This document shows, in pieces, positions 47,135 through 58,020 of a DNA stretch of 64,000 nt; positions within the stretch are counted from its first letter, which is position 1, and each line of letters opens with the position of its first letter. A program made the position numbers and the translations under genes. This DNA is from Patescibacteria group bacterium (GTDB lineage Bacteria; Patescibacteriota; Patescibacteriia; 2-01-FULL-39-33), in the NCBI GenBank assembly GCA_041649575.1, contig JBAZMW010000002.1, forward strand, positions 148,487 through 212,486, written 5' to 3'. The notes beneath the pieces are model-generated. The model had not been told where the DNA came from and made no database searches. It saw only the letters and a list, made by a program, of their open reading frames with translations.

Positions 47135-48424
47135 TCAAGCTCGTTTTGTCAATTTATGGCTGATAGGCAGCCCAACCAGCAGGATTAAAATTATATCCAA
47201 ATAAAATTCTTCGCGCATCAAATAATTGGTATAAATGCTCATAACCGTCACGAAGCTGAAATAAGCAAAAAGCATAACCGACAAAACAGTCGGTTTTTTG
47301 GTCACCCAGTTATAAATAACAGCCAAAAGCACTCCCCAAAAAATTGCCGCCACGATTATCCCCAGCCAGCCGAAATCTACCCAATAATTGAACAAAAAAG
47401 TCGCTGTCACCCACCAGGGCAAAAACATTTCTTTCCAAGCAATGGCGCCGTTTAGCTCCGGAGCGCCGAAAATTTTTAAGAACGAATTGAAAGTCGATAA
47501 ACCGTAACCGCCCCAGTGCCAATTAGCATAACTGAAATAATCGGTAGCCCTGAAAAACGCTTGCAGATTAAAGGCGGGAATCAAATAAAGCGGAATCAGG
47601 AAGTCGAGTTGGGCGGGCAGATTAAGTTTTGACAGGTCGGCCAAGTAGGTAAAAGCGTTGTAATCGACATCCGCATAATAATCGCGGTAAGTGATAAAAT
47701 GTCTGAACATCGGTATGGCCACAGAGATCACCAAGACCAAAATAAGCACCACCATCGAAGCCACAGCGATTTTGCGCCAATTGATTTTTTTAATCTTTAT
47801 AATCAGATAACCGAAATAGCTCATCAGTATCGGTAAAATTATCACCAGGCGCGAGGCATAAAGCGACAAGAGCAAAAAGCCCAACAAAATGTTAATAAAA
47901 ATTATTATTTTGACCACCCGGCTTCTGCGGCCGCTCAAGAGGAAGATAAAAGCCAGAGGAATAATAATTCTGGGCAGTAGCGCGGCATATTCCCAAAGTC
48001 CGAAAACTTGTTTGTTGATAATAAAACGCATTTTGTCGGGAACCGACGAGAGTATCGGCAAAGTGCCAAAACGGCTGAAAATATAAGCGTTAGCCGCCAA
48101 ACTCAGAATTGTTAAAATTAGAATCGTTATTAAAAATATTTTACTATTGGTCGTCTCTATTATCTGGCCAGCTTTAATTTTTCGGTTAGCCAACCGGCTG
48201 AAAATCACGTAACTCAAATAAAAAAGTAAAAAAAATAAGGCTAAAATCAGCCAGAATTTGCCGCTCCAGGCCGCTTCATACGGACTAAGCCGCAACTGCG
48301 CTACACCAATCGCCAGGAGCCACAGCGACAAGAGCAATTTGGCCGGGGAAAATTTATTGTTGCCAAAAAAATAGCTCAAACCGACGGCCATGCCCAAGAT
48401 TATAAAAACAAAAAATAGAACCAT
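47135..48424 (-). CDS. Polytopic membrane protein, Wzy-like oligosaccharide repeat-unit polymerase or O-antigen-ligase-like
   Basis: About 11 predicted TM helices. Position in the glycan locus next to GT2s and Wzx. Confidence 0.45.
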   Translation of the reverse strand: MVLFFVFIILGMAVGLSYFFGNNKFSPAKLLLSLWLLAIGVAQLRLSPYEAAWSGKFWLILALFFLLFYLSYVIFSRLANRKIKAGQIIETTNSKIFLITILILTILSLAANAYIFSRFGTLPILSSVPDKMRFIINKQVFGLWEYAALLPRIIIPLAFIFLLSGRRSRVVKIIIFINILLGFLLLSLYASRLVIILPILMSYFGYLIIKIKKINWRKIAVASMVVLILVLVISVAIPMFRHFITYRDYYADVDYNAFTYLADLSKLNLPAQLDFLIPLYLIPAFNLQAFFRATDYFSYANWHWGGYGLSTFNSFLKIFGAPELNGAIAWKEMFLPWWVTATFLFNYWVDFGWLGIIVAAIFWGVLLAVIYNWVTKKPTVLSVMLFAYFSFVTVMSIYTNYLMREEFYLDIILILLVGLPISHKLTKRA

Positions 48425-48427
48425 AAA

Positions 48428-49201
48428 TCAATTTTTAAAACCATATTTTTTAAAATACAACCAAGCGCTTTTGAAAAACTGCCATTGCTTGTTTATCACG
48501 CCTTGCTGAGAAAAACTCTGGCCGCCATGATGAATTATTTGCGCCTGGGGCGTGTAGAAAACCTGATAGCCTTTTTGTCTGGCCCGGCGGCAAAAATCAA
48601 CTTCCTCAAACCAGATAAAAAATCTTTCATCGAGCGGGCCAATCTCGCCGATAACCCTCTTGGGCAGCAGCATAAAAGCGCCCATTACCTGATCGACCGT
48701 CTGTTCTTTCTGATAATCAAAATCCTTAGCCAGATAGCGGTTGACTGATTTAAAACTAAAAAACTTTGGCAGTTTTAGAAACAGCAGCAGTATCGGCCAA
48801 AGTCGCGGAAATCGCCGTACCGATGGCTGGACGCTTTTGTCGGAATTTAATAACTGGCAGCCCAAAATTCCTATCCGGGGATTATCTTTTATGATTGCCA
48901 AACATTTTTCTAAACTTCCAGACAAAACTTCCGTATCGGGATTTAGCAGTAGAATAAATTCGCCCTGGGCTTCTTTCAGGGCTAGGTTGTTGGCCTTGGC
49001 AAAACCCAAGTTTTGTTTATTGGCTATCAGTTTCACCTCAGGGAATTTTTGCCTGACCGTTTCCACTGTGCCGTCTGAAGAAGCATTGTCTACTAATACG
49101 ATTTCCCAACTCAAGCCAGCGCTGTTTTTGCTGATAGTTGTCAGGCATTTATTTAATAATTCTTTGACATTCCAGGAAACTATGACAATTGATAAATCCA
49201 T
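48428..49201 (-). CDS. Glycosyltransferase family 2
   Basis: LSIVIVSWN...VDNASSDGT and DxD-type core. Confidence 0.75.
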   Translation of the reverse strand: MDLSIVIVSWNVKELLNKCLTTISKNSAGLSWEIVLVDNASSDGTVETVRQKFPEVKLIANKQNLGFAKANNLALKEAQGEFILLLNPDTEVLSGSLEKCLAIIKDNPRIGILGCQLLNSDKSVQPSVRRFPRLWPILLLFLKLPKFFSFKSVNRYLAKDFDYQKEQTVDQVMGAFMLLPKRVIGEIGPLDERFFIWFEEVDFCRRARQKGYQVFYTPQAQIIHHGGQSFSQQGVINKQWQFFKSAWLYFKKYGFKN

Positions 49202-49202
49202 A

Positions 49203-49886
49203 CTAAGTTAGTTGGTGTTTTTTTTGTATTAATTCTTTGGCTTTCAGATATTTTTCTTTATTTTTTGTTTTTACCGGCAACTGATAAATAAAACTGGGCA
49301 GCCAGTGGCTCATGGTGCCGCCGGTTTTAATTGTAAACAAAACCTCATCCAGCCAAATTCCCCGTCCGCCTCGCTCGCTGATGGTTAAAAACAAATCCCA
49401 GTCCTGAAATTTTTTTAAACTCTCGTCCCAACCAGGAAAAAACTTTCTTCTAATCAGCGAGGTGGAATGAATATAAGGAAGCTGTTTTAACTTTTCGGAG
49501 TCAAACGGCCAAAGTCTGAACTTCTTCCAGCCGAATTTAAACGAAGAATAAGCAAAAGCCGCTGACTCATCGTTTTCCAAAGCCGTCAGCATCTTTTCTA
49601 GGGCCGAGAGTTTCAGAATGATATCGGCATCGCAAAAAAACAAATACTGGCCGCCGCTTTCTTTAAAGCCGGCGTTTCTGGCCGCCGCCGCGCCTTTGTT
49701 TTCCTGGCGGATTAATCTGATCCCCTCTTGCCAGGGAGCTACGGCCGTAGCGATAGCCTCTTTTGATCCATCGTCGACAATGATCAGCTCGAAATCCCTA
49801 AAAGTCTGGCTAAAAAGACTAACCAAACACTTCTGGAGCGACTTGGCCTGGTTGTAAACAGGTATAATGATGCTAATTTTTGGCAT
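49203..49886 (-). CDS. Glycosyltransferase family 2
   Basis: ISIIIPVYNQ...IIVDDGS; FFCDADI. Confidence 0.75.
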   Translation of the reverse strand: MPKISIIIPVYNQAKSLQKCLVSLFSQTFRDFELIIVDDGSKEAIATAVAPWQEGIRLIRQENKGAAAARNAGFKESGGQYLFFCDADIILKLSALEKMLTALENDESAAFAYSSFKFGWKKFRLWPFDSEKLKQLPYIHSTSLIRRKFFPGWDESLKKFQDWDLFLTISERGGRGIWLDEVLFTIKTGGTMSHWLPSFIYQLPVKTKNKEKYLKAKELIQKKHQLT

Positions 49887-50730
49887 TCTGTTTGTATTTT
49901 AAATAACCCCGGACAGCGCCCATAAAATGATACCAGCCTCCCAGCTTGGCTATCATTTTGACCTTAAGTCTGTCTGATAAAGACGGCTTTTGGAATGGAG
50001 TAAAACTATTTAAACTGTCACCGCTCTTGATTTTTTGATAGTTAAAAATTAAATCGCCAAAGTTTTTTATCTCTTTGATTTTTAAATAAGCTGTTTTTTC
50101 GCCGAATTTCCTTTGTTTGTCAAGATAATTTTTTATACTACTGGCGTAATCATGATAAATTATTACATCGGGATAATACCTTATTTTGTATTCTTTTCGA
50201 CAACGGCCAATAAATTCCCGGCCCTCATGGCCATAATCAAGATTGGCGTCGAACAAGCCTACTTTAGCAAAAACTTCGCGCTTAATGGCGCAATTACCCT
50301 CGAGCAGCACTGGCGATTCAGTCGGCTGGTCTCCCTGATAATAATGAGGCGCAAAGTATTGCCAAAGATTATTATTTAACGGTTTGACTCGGCCGGTAAT
50401 TATCGCTTCGTGGAGCATAATTTCGCTGATGTTTTTTAGCCAGTTTTTGTCGGCCAAGGCGTCGTCGTCAAAAAAAACAATTATTTCTCCGCCAGAATTT
50501 TTAACGCCACTGTTTCTGGCCTGCGACACGCCGCCGTGTTCTTCCTTTAAATATTTCAAACTCAACCTATCTTTAAACTGCTTGGCTGTTTTTTCCGTGT
50601 CATCAATACTGCCGTCATCGACAACTATCACCTCGAATTTCTCCTTGGCAAAATCCTGCTCTACCAAGCTTGCCAGAGCCTTGGATAAATAGTTGGCCCG
50701 ATTATAAGTTGGAATCACTACTGACAGCAT
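49873..50730 (-). CDS. Glycosyltransferase family 2
   Basis: LSVVIPTYNR...VIVVDDGSIDDT; FFDDDA. Confidence 0.75.
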   Translation of the reverse strand: MLSVVIPTYNRANYLSKALASLVEQDFAKEKFEVIVVDDGSIDDTEKTAKQFKDRLSLKYLKEEHGGVSQARNSGVKNSGGEIIVFFDDDALADKNWLKNISEIMLHEAIITGRVKPLNNNLWQYFAPHYYQGDQPTESPVLLEGNCAIKREVFAKVGLFDANLDYGHEGREFIGRCRKEYKIRYYPDVIIYHDYASSIKNYLDKQRKFGEKTAYLKIKEIKNFGDLIFNYQKIKSGDSLNSFTPFQKPSLSDRLKVKMIAKLGGWYHFMGAVRGYLKYKQNAKN

Positions 50731-52168
50731 TTTCTTTTTTGAATAATAATGATTTAGTCTGCATGATATCTTTTTTTGAAAAACCCCCCACCAGTACCAG
50801 CGTAACCAGATAAACCAGTGCTCCTAGCGGCGCAGTTATTACAAAAGACCAATAACCTTTTAGCCACACAACCACCAGACTCATCACCAGACAGCTAAAG
50901 GTTATTTTGGCAAAAGAAATCAATAAATATTTTTTATCATATTTGACGATTTTTTCAATCACCACTATGCCCAGAGCAAACAAAACAACATAACTGATCA
51001 AAGCGGCTACGGCAGCCCCATTATAACCGTAAAGCGGTATTAGAATTAAATTTAAAATTATATTCAAAACGGCGATAATGCCCAGATGAACGGTGTTTCT
51101 GGTTTGTTTGTCGCAGGCGTTGAGCATGGCGCCTATCGGAAAGCACAAAAAAACCAAAACCAAAGAAGAAATCAGGATTTGCAAAGGCAAAATCGCCCCT
51201 TGATATTCTTGGCCGAAAATCGGCGGCAGGAATTTATCCGCCAGAACAATTACCCCGAAAGATATGGGCAAAGAAATCAACATCAGAAAATACATCGATT
51301 TGGCGAAAGTTTTAGACAACAATTCCTTGGAAGCGACAAAATATCTGCAAAAAGCCGGATAAATGCTGGCCGAAAAAGCCACGGCTACAAACTGCAGGGC
51401 AAAAGTGATTTTGTAAGCCACGCTATAGAGGCCAACCGCTTTATCATTAGCCAGCTTGGACAATAACACGATATCCATCGAAGAATAAATTCTGATAAAA
51501 AATCCGGCGATGGCAAAAGGCAGAGCCAGCCGAAAGAGTTCTTTGATTATTTTTTTATCAAATCGGAAAATGGTTAGAATTTTTAATTTTATTTTCAAAA
51601 ATAGCGCGGCATAAAAAAAGTTGAACAGACTGCCCAGTAGATAAGCGCCCATCAAAATTACCAAGCCCAACTGCAATTTTATAATTACCAGTCCCGCCCC
51701 CAAAACGATCAGTTGGTTTAAAATCACACCGTAGCTCTCGAATCTCAAGTTTTGGTGGCCGCGTAAAATGCCGTAAAAACTCAAGGCGAATGAATCCAAA
51801 AGCATCACAAAACCGGAAACATAAACTAATTGTTTGGTGATTTCCGGATAACCCATCAGATTGATAACCACTATTACCAAAGCATAAATTATTACCGACC
51901 CAAGAAGCTTGAGGCCCAGGACATTGGCCAGGTATTTTTGAGAATTTTTTATATCCCGGGCGCTTTCTCGAATAAGTATTTGCGTCAGACCAAAATCGAG
52001 AAACATGGCAAAAATAGTGGTAAAACTCAAAGCGAAAGAATATTTGCCGGTGTTTTCCACGCCGATGCTTCGCGCTACCAGAATAAAATATACAAAAGAA
52101 AGAATCTTTTGTATGGTTAGGGCGGCAGTAAAAAAAGTAGTATTTTTGACGAGGTTGCTGCTAGACAT
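50702..52168 (-). CDS. Wzx-type oligosaccharide flippase (MOP superfamily)
   Basis: 488 aa with ~14 TM helices. N-terminus TAALTIQKILSFVYFILVAR resembles polysaccharide biosynthesis/flippase proteins. Confidence 0.65.
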   Translation of the reverse strand: MSSSNLVKNTTFFTAALTIQKILSFVYFILVARSIGVENTGKYSFALSFTTIFAMFLDFGLTQILIRESARDIKNSQKYLANVLGLKLLGSVIIYALVIVVINLMGYPEITKQLVYVSGFVMLLDSFALSFYGILRGHQNLRFESYGVILNQLIVLGAGLVIIKLQLGLVILMGAYLLGSLFNFFYAALFLKIKLKILTIFRFDKKIIKELFRLALPFAIAGFFIRIYSSMDIVLLSKLANDKAVGLYSVAYKITFALQFVAVAFSASIYPAFCRYFVASKELLSKTFAKSMYFLMLISLPISFGVIVLADKFLPPIFGQEYQGAILPLQILISSLVLVFLCFPIGAMLNACDKQTRNTVHLGIIAVLNIILNLILIPLYGYNGAAVAALISYVVLFALGIVVIEKIVKYDKKYLLISFAKITFSCLVMSLVVVWLKGYWSFVITAPLGALVYLVTLVLVGGFSKKDIMQTKSLLFKKENAVSSDSNL

Positions 52169-52196
52169 GCGGTTGATTATAATAAGCTAACTTTCC

Positions 52197-52895
52197 TTAA
52201 CCAAAATAGATATTTTTCAACTCTTTATTATTTAAGATGTCTTTATTTCCCTCAAGCGCCACTTGACCATTTTCTAAAACATAAGTCCGATTGGCCAGCT
52301 CTACGGCCTGTCTGGCATTTTGTTCAACAATCATAATCGAAACACCGGTGCTACTTATTTGTTTTATAGTAACAAAAATTTCTTTCATGGCTCTTGGAGA
52401 TAAACCTAGCGACGGTTCGTCTAAAAGCAATAATTGCGGGCTCTGTATTAACGCTCGGCTAATGGCCAAAAGTTGCTGTTGACCTCCCGATAGATTAGCG
52501 GTTCTTTGTTTTTGTTTTTCTTTTAAAATTGGGAATTGATTAAAAATCTTTTTTATTTTCTCAGCCACGCTTTTTCTGTCTTTAAAAATAAATGCCCCCA
52601 TTTCTAAATTCTCTTTTACGGTCATATTGCCAAAAACTTGCCGACCCTGTGGAACATAGCTTATACCTAATTCAATTAGTTTGTAGGTGGGAATCTTGGT
52701 GATTTCCCGATCATTCCAGATTATTTGGCCAGCATAAATATCGCACTGGTTGAAAATGCTTTTTAGAACCGTGGATTTACCAGCCCCATTGGGTCCGATT
52801 ATGGCCACTATCTCCCCTTCTTTGACTGTAATATCAACACCAAAGAGAATTTGCAGTTTTTCGTAGCCGGATTCGATTTTTTTTAGCTCCAACAT
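52197..52895 (-). CDS. ABC transporter ATP-binding protein (LivF-like)
   Basis: GPNGAGKST Walker A, LSGGQQQ signature, LLLDEPS Walker B. Confidence 0.8.
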   Translation of the reverse strand: MLELKKIESGYEKLQILFGVDITVKEGEIVAIIGPNGAGKSTVLKSIFNQCDIYAGQIIWNDREITKIPTYKLIELGISYVPQGRQVFGNMTVKENLEMGAFIFKDRKSVAEKIKKIFNQFPILKEKQKQRTANLSGGQQQLLAISRALIQSPQLLLLDEPSLGLSPRAMKEIFVTIKQISSTGVSIMIVEQNARQAVELANRTYVLENGQVALEGNKDILNNKELKNIYFG

Positions 52896-52964
52896 GCTTT
52901 TATCTTAGCAAAATTTCTATAATTTTAAAACCCCGCCACGGGGGCGGGGCTTAGGACTAACTTA

Positions 52965-54116
52965 TTAGTTTTGATAAGGCACGAATTGGCCGTTTTTGAT
53001 TTGTTGCATCATAGAAGTCATGTGGGAGTCGCCATTACTGTCGATAGTGATGGGTCCACTGACGCCATCATAATTTTTTACCCCATACAGGTAGTTTTTT
53101 ACGCCATCAGGATTATAGCCGCTACTCTTTATGGCGTTTAGTAACAGATTAGTGCCATCATAGGAATTGGCCACGGCGCTCATAATCGGCGGATCTTGAT
53201 TGTAGGCGGAGATGTATTTTGTTTTGAGGTCTTTGACTTTTTGATTTTGATCATCTAGGGCGGAGGTGATAAAAATTGCTCCTTCGGCGGCGCTGTCGCC
53301 GGCTGTCACCACTTCTTTGACACCAAAATTGTCAGAGCCAATAATTTGAGCATTAATTCCCAGCTCTCTGGCTTGTTTGGCGATCAATCCCCCTTCGCTG
53401 CCATAACTTATAATCACTAATGATGTCGGATTTTTTTCTTTTATTTTTGTCAGGGCGGTTCGGAAGTCAGTCGCTTCCGGCAAGTAGGTTTCGGCATCTA
53501 AAATTTTTCCGCCGCTAGCTTCATAGGTGCTTTTAAAATTATCGAAAAAACCGACGCCGTAGTCATTGCTGGCATAAATGACGGCCACCTCTGGAGTGTT
53601 TAACTGGTGGTAAAGAAAATCGGCCAGATTAGCGCCTTGCACCGCGTCAGAAATGCAAGTCCGAAAAATATAATTGCCAGCTTGGGAGATTTTGGCAGCT
53701 GAAGCCAGCGTGGTCAGTAGGATAACCTTACTTTGTTCAGCAATGGGAGCTGTGGCCAAGACCGACCCGGAACAGCCAACCATGGTGGCTTTGACTTTAT
53801 CAACACTGATTAATTTATTAAAAGCAGTGACGGCCTCGGTTTTGTCGCAAGTCTTATTATCCTCAAAAATCAATTGGATTTGTTGGCCATTTATTCCGCC
53901 GCGATCGTTCCATTCTTTGACGGCGATTTCTATACCACCCTTCATTGATCCACCCCAATTAACTAAGTCACCAGTCAGCGGCGCAATCACCCCGATTTTT
54001 ATAGGCTCGGTATCTTGCGAATTAGCTTTGTTGGTGAGTGCCAAGGCATAGCCAATGATGGCGATAATCACCACCAGAGCAATTATCAGCCAGATAATTT
54101 TTGTTTTCTTTGACAT
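52965..54116 (-). CDS. ABC transporter substrate-binding protein (LivK/LivJ-like), TM-anchored
   Basis: N-terminal anchor, then IKIGVIAPLTGDLVNWGGSMKGGIEIAVKEWN periplasmic-binding type I fold. Confidence 0.7.
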   Translation of the reverse strand: MSKKTKIIWLIIALVVIIAIIGYALALTNKANSQDTEPIKIGVIAPLTGDLVNWGGSMKGGIEIAVKEWNDRGGINGQQIQLIFEDNKTCDKTEAVTAFNKLISVDKVKATMVGCSGSVLATAPIAEQSKVILLTTLASAAKISQAGNYIFRTCISDAVQGANLADFLYHQLNTPEVAVIYASNDYGVGFFDNFKSTYEASGGKILDAETYLPEATDFRTALTKIKEKNPTSLVIISYGSEGGLIAKQARELGINAQIIGSDNFGVKEVVTAGDSAAEGAIFITSALDDQNQKVKDLKTKYISAYNQDPPIMSAVANSYDGTNLLLNAIKSSGYNPDGVKNYLYGVKNYDGVSGPITIDSNGDSHMTSMMQQIKNGQFVPYQN

Positions 54117-54269
54117 GGTTCTTGGGATATTTTATTTGTCTTGAATTCAAGAATAATGAAATATGGGACTTATCGTCAATTTATATTACAGAAATTTAGT
54201 GATATTTTAGCTAATTTGACAAATATTTAGCTATATTATATAATATCTGTAAATATTTTTTACAACAAT

Positions 54270-55001
54270 ATGCTGGACAAAATTATTGATTATTTCAATT
54301 TAGAAGAAAAAGAAGCCAAAGTCTATCTGGCTGCTCTGGAATTGGGCAATTCTAAGGTCAGTGAAATAGCCAAAAAAGCCGGTTTAAATCGCATTACGGC
54401 TTATGAAATTTTGAAACGATTAAGACAAAAGGGGTTGGCCGTGAGCTTAACTAGAAATAACGTTTTGACTTTTCGGGTGATTGATCCTGAAAAAGTTATT
54501 AAGAAAATGGAAAGCAAGTTATCCTTGTCTCGGGAGCTTTTGCCGGCGCTGGTGCTACTAAAAAATAACAGCGGCAAAAAGCCGAAGATCGAGTACTTTG
54601 ACGGTCGTGAAGGATTAAGGGCTTTGTGCAACGATTCCTTAAACTGTCAAGAAAAAATAATTTATGATTTGGCGGAACCCACCAATCTGTTGAAAACTAT
54701 CGGCGAGGATTTTTTTAATTCTTTTGTCAGACAAAGAGTCAAAAAAGGAATAAAGGTCAAGTTGTTGCTGCCTAAAAACAAAGAGAACAAAAAATATCTC
54801 GGGGTAGTAAAAAGAGATTTAAGAGAATTAAGATTTATTGATGATGATTTGTATCCCAATGAGTTTTATATTTATGACAATAAAGTCGCCATACTCTCCT
54901 TCTCCGGCAAGATGGGAGTATTAATTGAAGACGAGGAAATCGCCAAATCAATGAAGTCCATCTGGAGATTCTTATGGAATCACTCTGACAAAAATTTTTA
55001 A
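54270..55001 (+). CDS. TrmB-family HTH transcriptional regulator
   Basis: LEEKEAKVYLAALELGNSKVSEIAKKAGLNRITAYEILKRL wHTH plus the TrmB C-terminal domain. Confidence 0.7.
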   Translation: MLDKIIDYFNLEEKEAKVYLAALELGNSKVSEIAKKAGLNRITAYEILKRLRQKGLAVSLTRNNVLTFRVIDPEKVIKKMESKLSLSRELLPALVLLKNNSGKKPKIEYFDGREGLRALCNDSLNCQEKIIYDLAEPTNLLKTIGEDFFNSFVRQRVKKGIKVKLLLPKNKENKKYLGVVKRDLRELRFIDDDLYPNEFYIYDNKVAILSFSGKMGVLIEDEEIAKSMKSIWRFLWNHSDKNF

Positions 55002-55003
55002 CT

Positions 55004-55036
55004 TAAAACACCCGCCAATGAGGCGGGTGTTTTAAG
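55004..55036. terminator. Bidirectional intrinsic terminator
   Basis: aaaacacccgcc-aatgag-gcgggtgtttt. Confidence 0.65.
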
Positions 55037-55052
55037 AATATGTGGTTTTTAA

Positions 55053-56102
55053 CTAATTTACCTTCTCCAGATACATCGGAATAACAATATCATTATTTGT
55101 AATATCTTTGGCTACTCCAGTCACGCCACTGACTTCTTTTTTGTTGGTCAGACAGCTTTCAATACTATCTTTGGGACAAGTGGCCAAAAGGTTGACAATA
55201 TCAAAACCAAAGGCGGCCACGAAGTTGGGTTCTTTGCCATATTTGGCTTTGTATCTGGTTTTGAACTGCTCGCTATTACCGGGAATAGAAAAAGCAAATT
55301 GATTGGTGTAGAAAGTCATTTTGGGAGCTTTGGCTTGCGTTTCCGGATCGGATTGGACATTAGAGACTTCAACTATCGGGATATTAAACTTTAATTCTTC
55401 TATTTTTTTCAAAATGCCCAGTGATTCGCTTGGTGGTGTTGGGACGAATAACAGAGCTTCCGGTCCAGCGTCTTTGGCCTTACTAACGATGGTGGAAAAG
55501 TCAGTCGTGTTGGGAACATATGATTCCATGAAGACTATCTTTTTGCCGGATTCATCACAGAGTTGTTTGATTTTGTCAGCCACCGATTGGGCATACTCGT
55601 CTTTTCTGTAGATGACTGCTATTTTCTTGACGTTTTTGAGCGGTGAAATGTCTGATTCAAATGATGGCGTGGCAAAATGACTGGCGTCGGTATAATATCT
55701 GAAAGCATAATCATTAGTAATATTGTTAGCCGCGCTTTGAGTGATAACCATGGGAATTTTGTCCTCTTTGGCGAGTGAGGCCAGCGGCACGCTGACAATA
55801 CTAAGAGCTGTCACAAAAACATCCGGCTTTTGGAGTTTTAGTTTTTGATAGGCGGTCAAACCATCGGCGGCAGCGCCTTTGCTATCCTCATAGGTGACGG
55901 CAAGATTGGGGTGGTCTTCCAGCGCTAGATCCATGCCGTTCTTGACACTTTCGCCCCAGATGGCCGATGGGCCGCTTAGAGCCAAAATGGCTCCGATTTG
56001 GGTTTTATCATCACTGGTAGCAGCTTTATTGCCCAAGCCACAGCCGGCTAACACTACGCTTGCCATTAAGGCAACGACAATAATCAAAAATTTTGTTTTC
56101 AT
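55053..56102 (-). CDS. ABC substrate-binding lipoprotein (LivK-like) paralog
   Basis: Lipobox VLAGCGL, then IGAILALSGPSAIWGESVKNG. Confidence 0.7.
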   Translation of the reverse strand: MKTKFLIIVVALMASVVLAGCGLGNKAATSDDKTQIGAILALSGPSAIWGESVKNGMDLALEDHPNLAVTYEDSKGAAADGLTAYQKLKLQKPDVFVTALSIVSVPLASLAKEDKIPMVITQSAANNITNDYAFRYYTDASHFATPSFESDISPLKNVKKIAVIYRKDEYAQSVADKIKQLCDESGKKIVFMESYVPNTTDFSTIVSKAKDAGPEALLFVPTPPSESLGILKKIEELKFNIPIVEVSNVQSDPETQAKAPKMTFYTNQFAFSIPGNSEQFKTRYKAKYGKEPNFVAAFGFDIVNLLATCPKDSIESCLTNKKEVSGVTGVAKDITNNDIVIPMYLEKVN

Positions 56103-56126
56103 ACGACGTTTTATTATTGTTTAGTT

Positions 56127-57254
56127 TTAATAAGGTATTATTTCACTATTTTTAATCTGATAAAGAATAAAATGTGCATTTTTTCTGTCATTGTTCTTAT
56201 CGAAGCTAATTTCGCCGCCAGCTCCAGAGTAATTAATATTTTTTAGAGACTCTACTGCCTGACTCATGTCCATATTATTTTTTCCAGCTGCTTCGGCCAA
56301 GATATAGATGTCATCGTACATGCCGATACAGGCGTTTTGCTGGGGACAATCGGCGCCGTATTTTTCTTTGTAAGTGTCTAATAAATTTTTTACTGAAACG
56401 ATATTTTCTATGGCAAAATCAGTACTAATAGCCCCATCTAAATAATTTTTATATTTTGAATTTAAATCGGCCGAATGCATAATTGCCTCATTTACTAACA
56501 AAGTTTTAGGTCGAAAATTAATTTCTTTTGCCTCCTTCAAAACTTTATCACCAGAAGTTGGGCTTTGAACGCTCATTAATAAAACATCGGGGTTAGCGTT
56601 TTTGAGTTTTAAAAGTGGGGTGCGGACATCGGTGGCATCCGTTGTAAAGCCCTCGCTTACAATTTTTACTTCCTTATTTTCAAGATTTTTTTCCAGCATC
56701 AATTTCATGCCTTTAGCGTAATCCGTTTCTTCATAGATAATCGCAATTTTTCTTAAATTATTATTAACAATATATTCTCCAAATAAGCGAGCCCCGTCAG
56801 CATCAGAAGCATAATTTCTAAAAACCGAGGGAGAAACCCCGGTCACCTTAACCGAGCTCACAACTGTGGCAATTAAGATCTGATCTGACTTTAATAAAGG
56901 CGCGATTCCTAATACTGTTCCACTACAGGCCACGGAAGAAAAAAGCTTTAGGCCGTTTACATTTGAAAGTTGTTGAAAGGCTGAAATGGCCGCTTGAGGG
57001 GCGCATTGATGGTCTTGATAATTAATTTCTATTTTGTGTCCATTTATTCCGCCTTTGGCATTTATTTCCTCTACAGCGATTTCAGCCGCTTTTTGCGCTG
57101 AGTCGCCATAAATAGCTGCTCCTCCGGTCAAAGGTAATAAAGCCCCGATTTTGATAGTTTCTTTATTGTTTTTGCTAATATTGCTCAGGCTGCAACCGGC
57201 CGTGGCCACGACAATTAACGCCAAAATGATGATGAATAGGGATTTTCTTTTCAT
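56127..57254 (-). CDS. ABC substrate-binding lipoprotein (LivK-like) paralog
   Basis: Lipobox ATAGCSL, then IKIGALLPLTGGAAIYGDSAQKAAEIAVEEIN. Confidence 0.7.
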   Translation of the reverse strand: MKRKSLFIIILALIVVATAGCSLSNISKNNKETIKIGALLPLTGGAAIYGDSAQKAAEIAVEEINAKGGINGHKIEINYQDHQCAPQAAISAFQQLSNVNGLKLFSSVACSGTVLGIAPLLKSDQILIATVVSSVKVTGVSPSVFRNYASDADGARLFGEYIVNNNLRKIAIIYEETDYAKGMKLMLEKNLENKEVKIVSEGFTTDATDVRTPLLKLKNANPDVLLMSVQSPTSGDKVLKEAKEINFRPKTLLVNEAIMHSADLNSKYKNYLDGAISTDFAIENIVSVKNLLDTYKEKYGADCPQQNACIGMYDDIYILAEAAGKNNMDMSQAVESLKNINYSGAGGEISFDKNNDRKNAHFILYQIKNSEIIPY

Positions 57255-57277
57255 GATTTTACTATATTATTATTATA

Positions 57278-58015
57278 TTAACTCCCCAGATACGCCTCTA
57301 ATACCAGCTTATTCTCCCTTATATCTTTGGGCTTGCCTTCGGCAATAACTTTTCCTGCGTCCATAACAATTATATAATCTGCCACCGTAAAAGTAAAATT
57401 CATATCATGTTCAATCAGTAGGACAGTCTCGCCCTGTTTTTTTAAGTCCTTTAGGATGCTTTTAATACGGTCGCGCAACACCGGATTTACTCCGGCTACC
57501 GGTTCGTCCAGGATGAGCAGCTGATGCGGATTGAGGATCGCTCGCGCTAGCTCCACCAGCCGTTTCTGTCCGTAGCTTAATTCTCCGCAAAGATGCTTGG
57601 GCGATTTATCCAAGCCAATCAGATCCAGGACATCTTGGATTTTTTTCTTTTTTTTCGAGCCGTAATAATTCAGGCCCAAAAGATTTTTGGCAAACTTCAT
57701 GTCTTCATTGTCAAGAGCAATGGATAAGTTTTCTTCTATGCTTAAGTTATTAAATAAATGCGCTTGCTGGAAAACACGGGATAGGCCCAGATTGGAAATT
57801 TTGTCAGGTGATAGGTTGGTGATATTTTTTCCAGCTAAAACTATCTCGCCGCTTTCGGCTTTTAAAATGCCGGAAATTAAGTTAAAGATGGTGGTTTTAC
57901 CGCTACCGTTGGGACCAATGAGCGCCGTGATTTGATTTTGGCCAATCTCAAAACTGCAGTCGTCGACCGCATGCACCCCGCCAAAATATTTTTTTAAGTG
58001 TTGAATTTTGAGCAT
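57278..58015 (-). CDS. ABC transporter ATP-binding protein (LivG-like)
   Basis: GPNGSGKTT, LSYGQKR, LILDEP. Confidence 0.8.
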   Translation of the reverse strand: MLKIQHLKKYFGGVHAVDDCSFEIGQNQITALIGPNGSGKTTIFNLISGILKAESGEIVLAGKNITNLSPDKISNLGLSRVFQQAHLFNNLSIEENLSIALDNEDMKFAKNLLGLNYYGSKKKKKIQDVLDLIGLDKSPKHLCGELSYGQKRLVELARAILNPHQLLILDEPVAGVNPVLRDRIKSILKDLKKQGETVLLIEHDMNFTFTVADYIIVMDAGKVIAEGKPKDIRENKLVLEAYLGS

Positions 58016-58020
58016 TATTA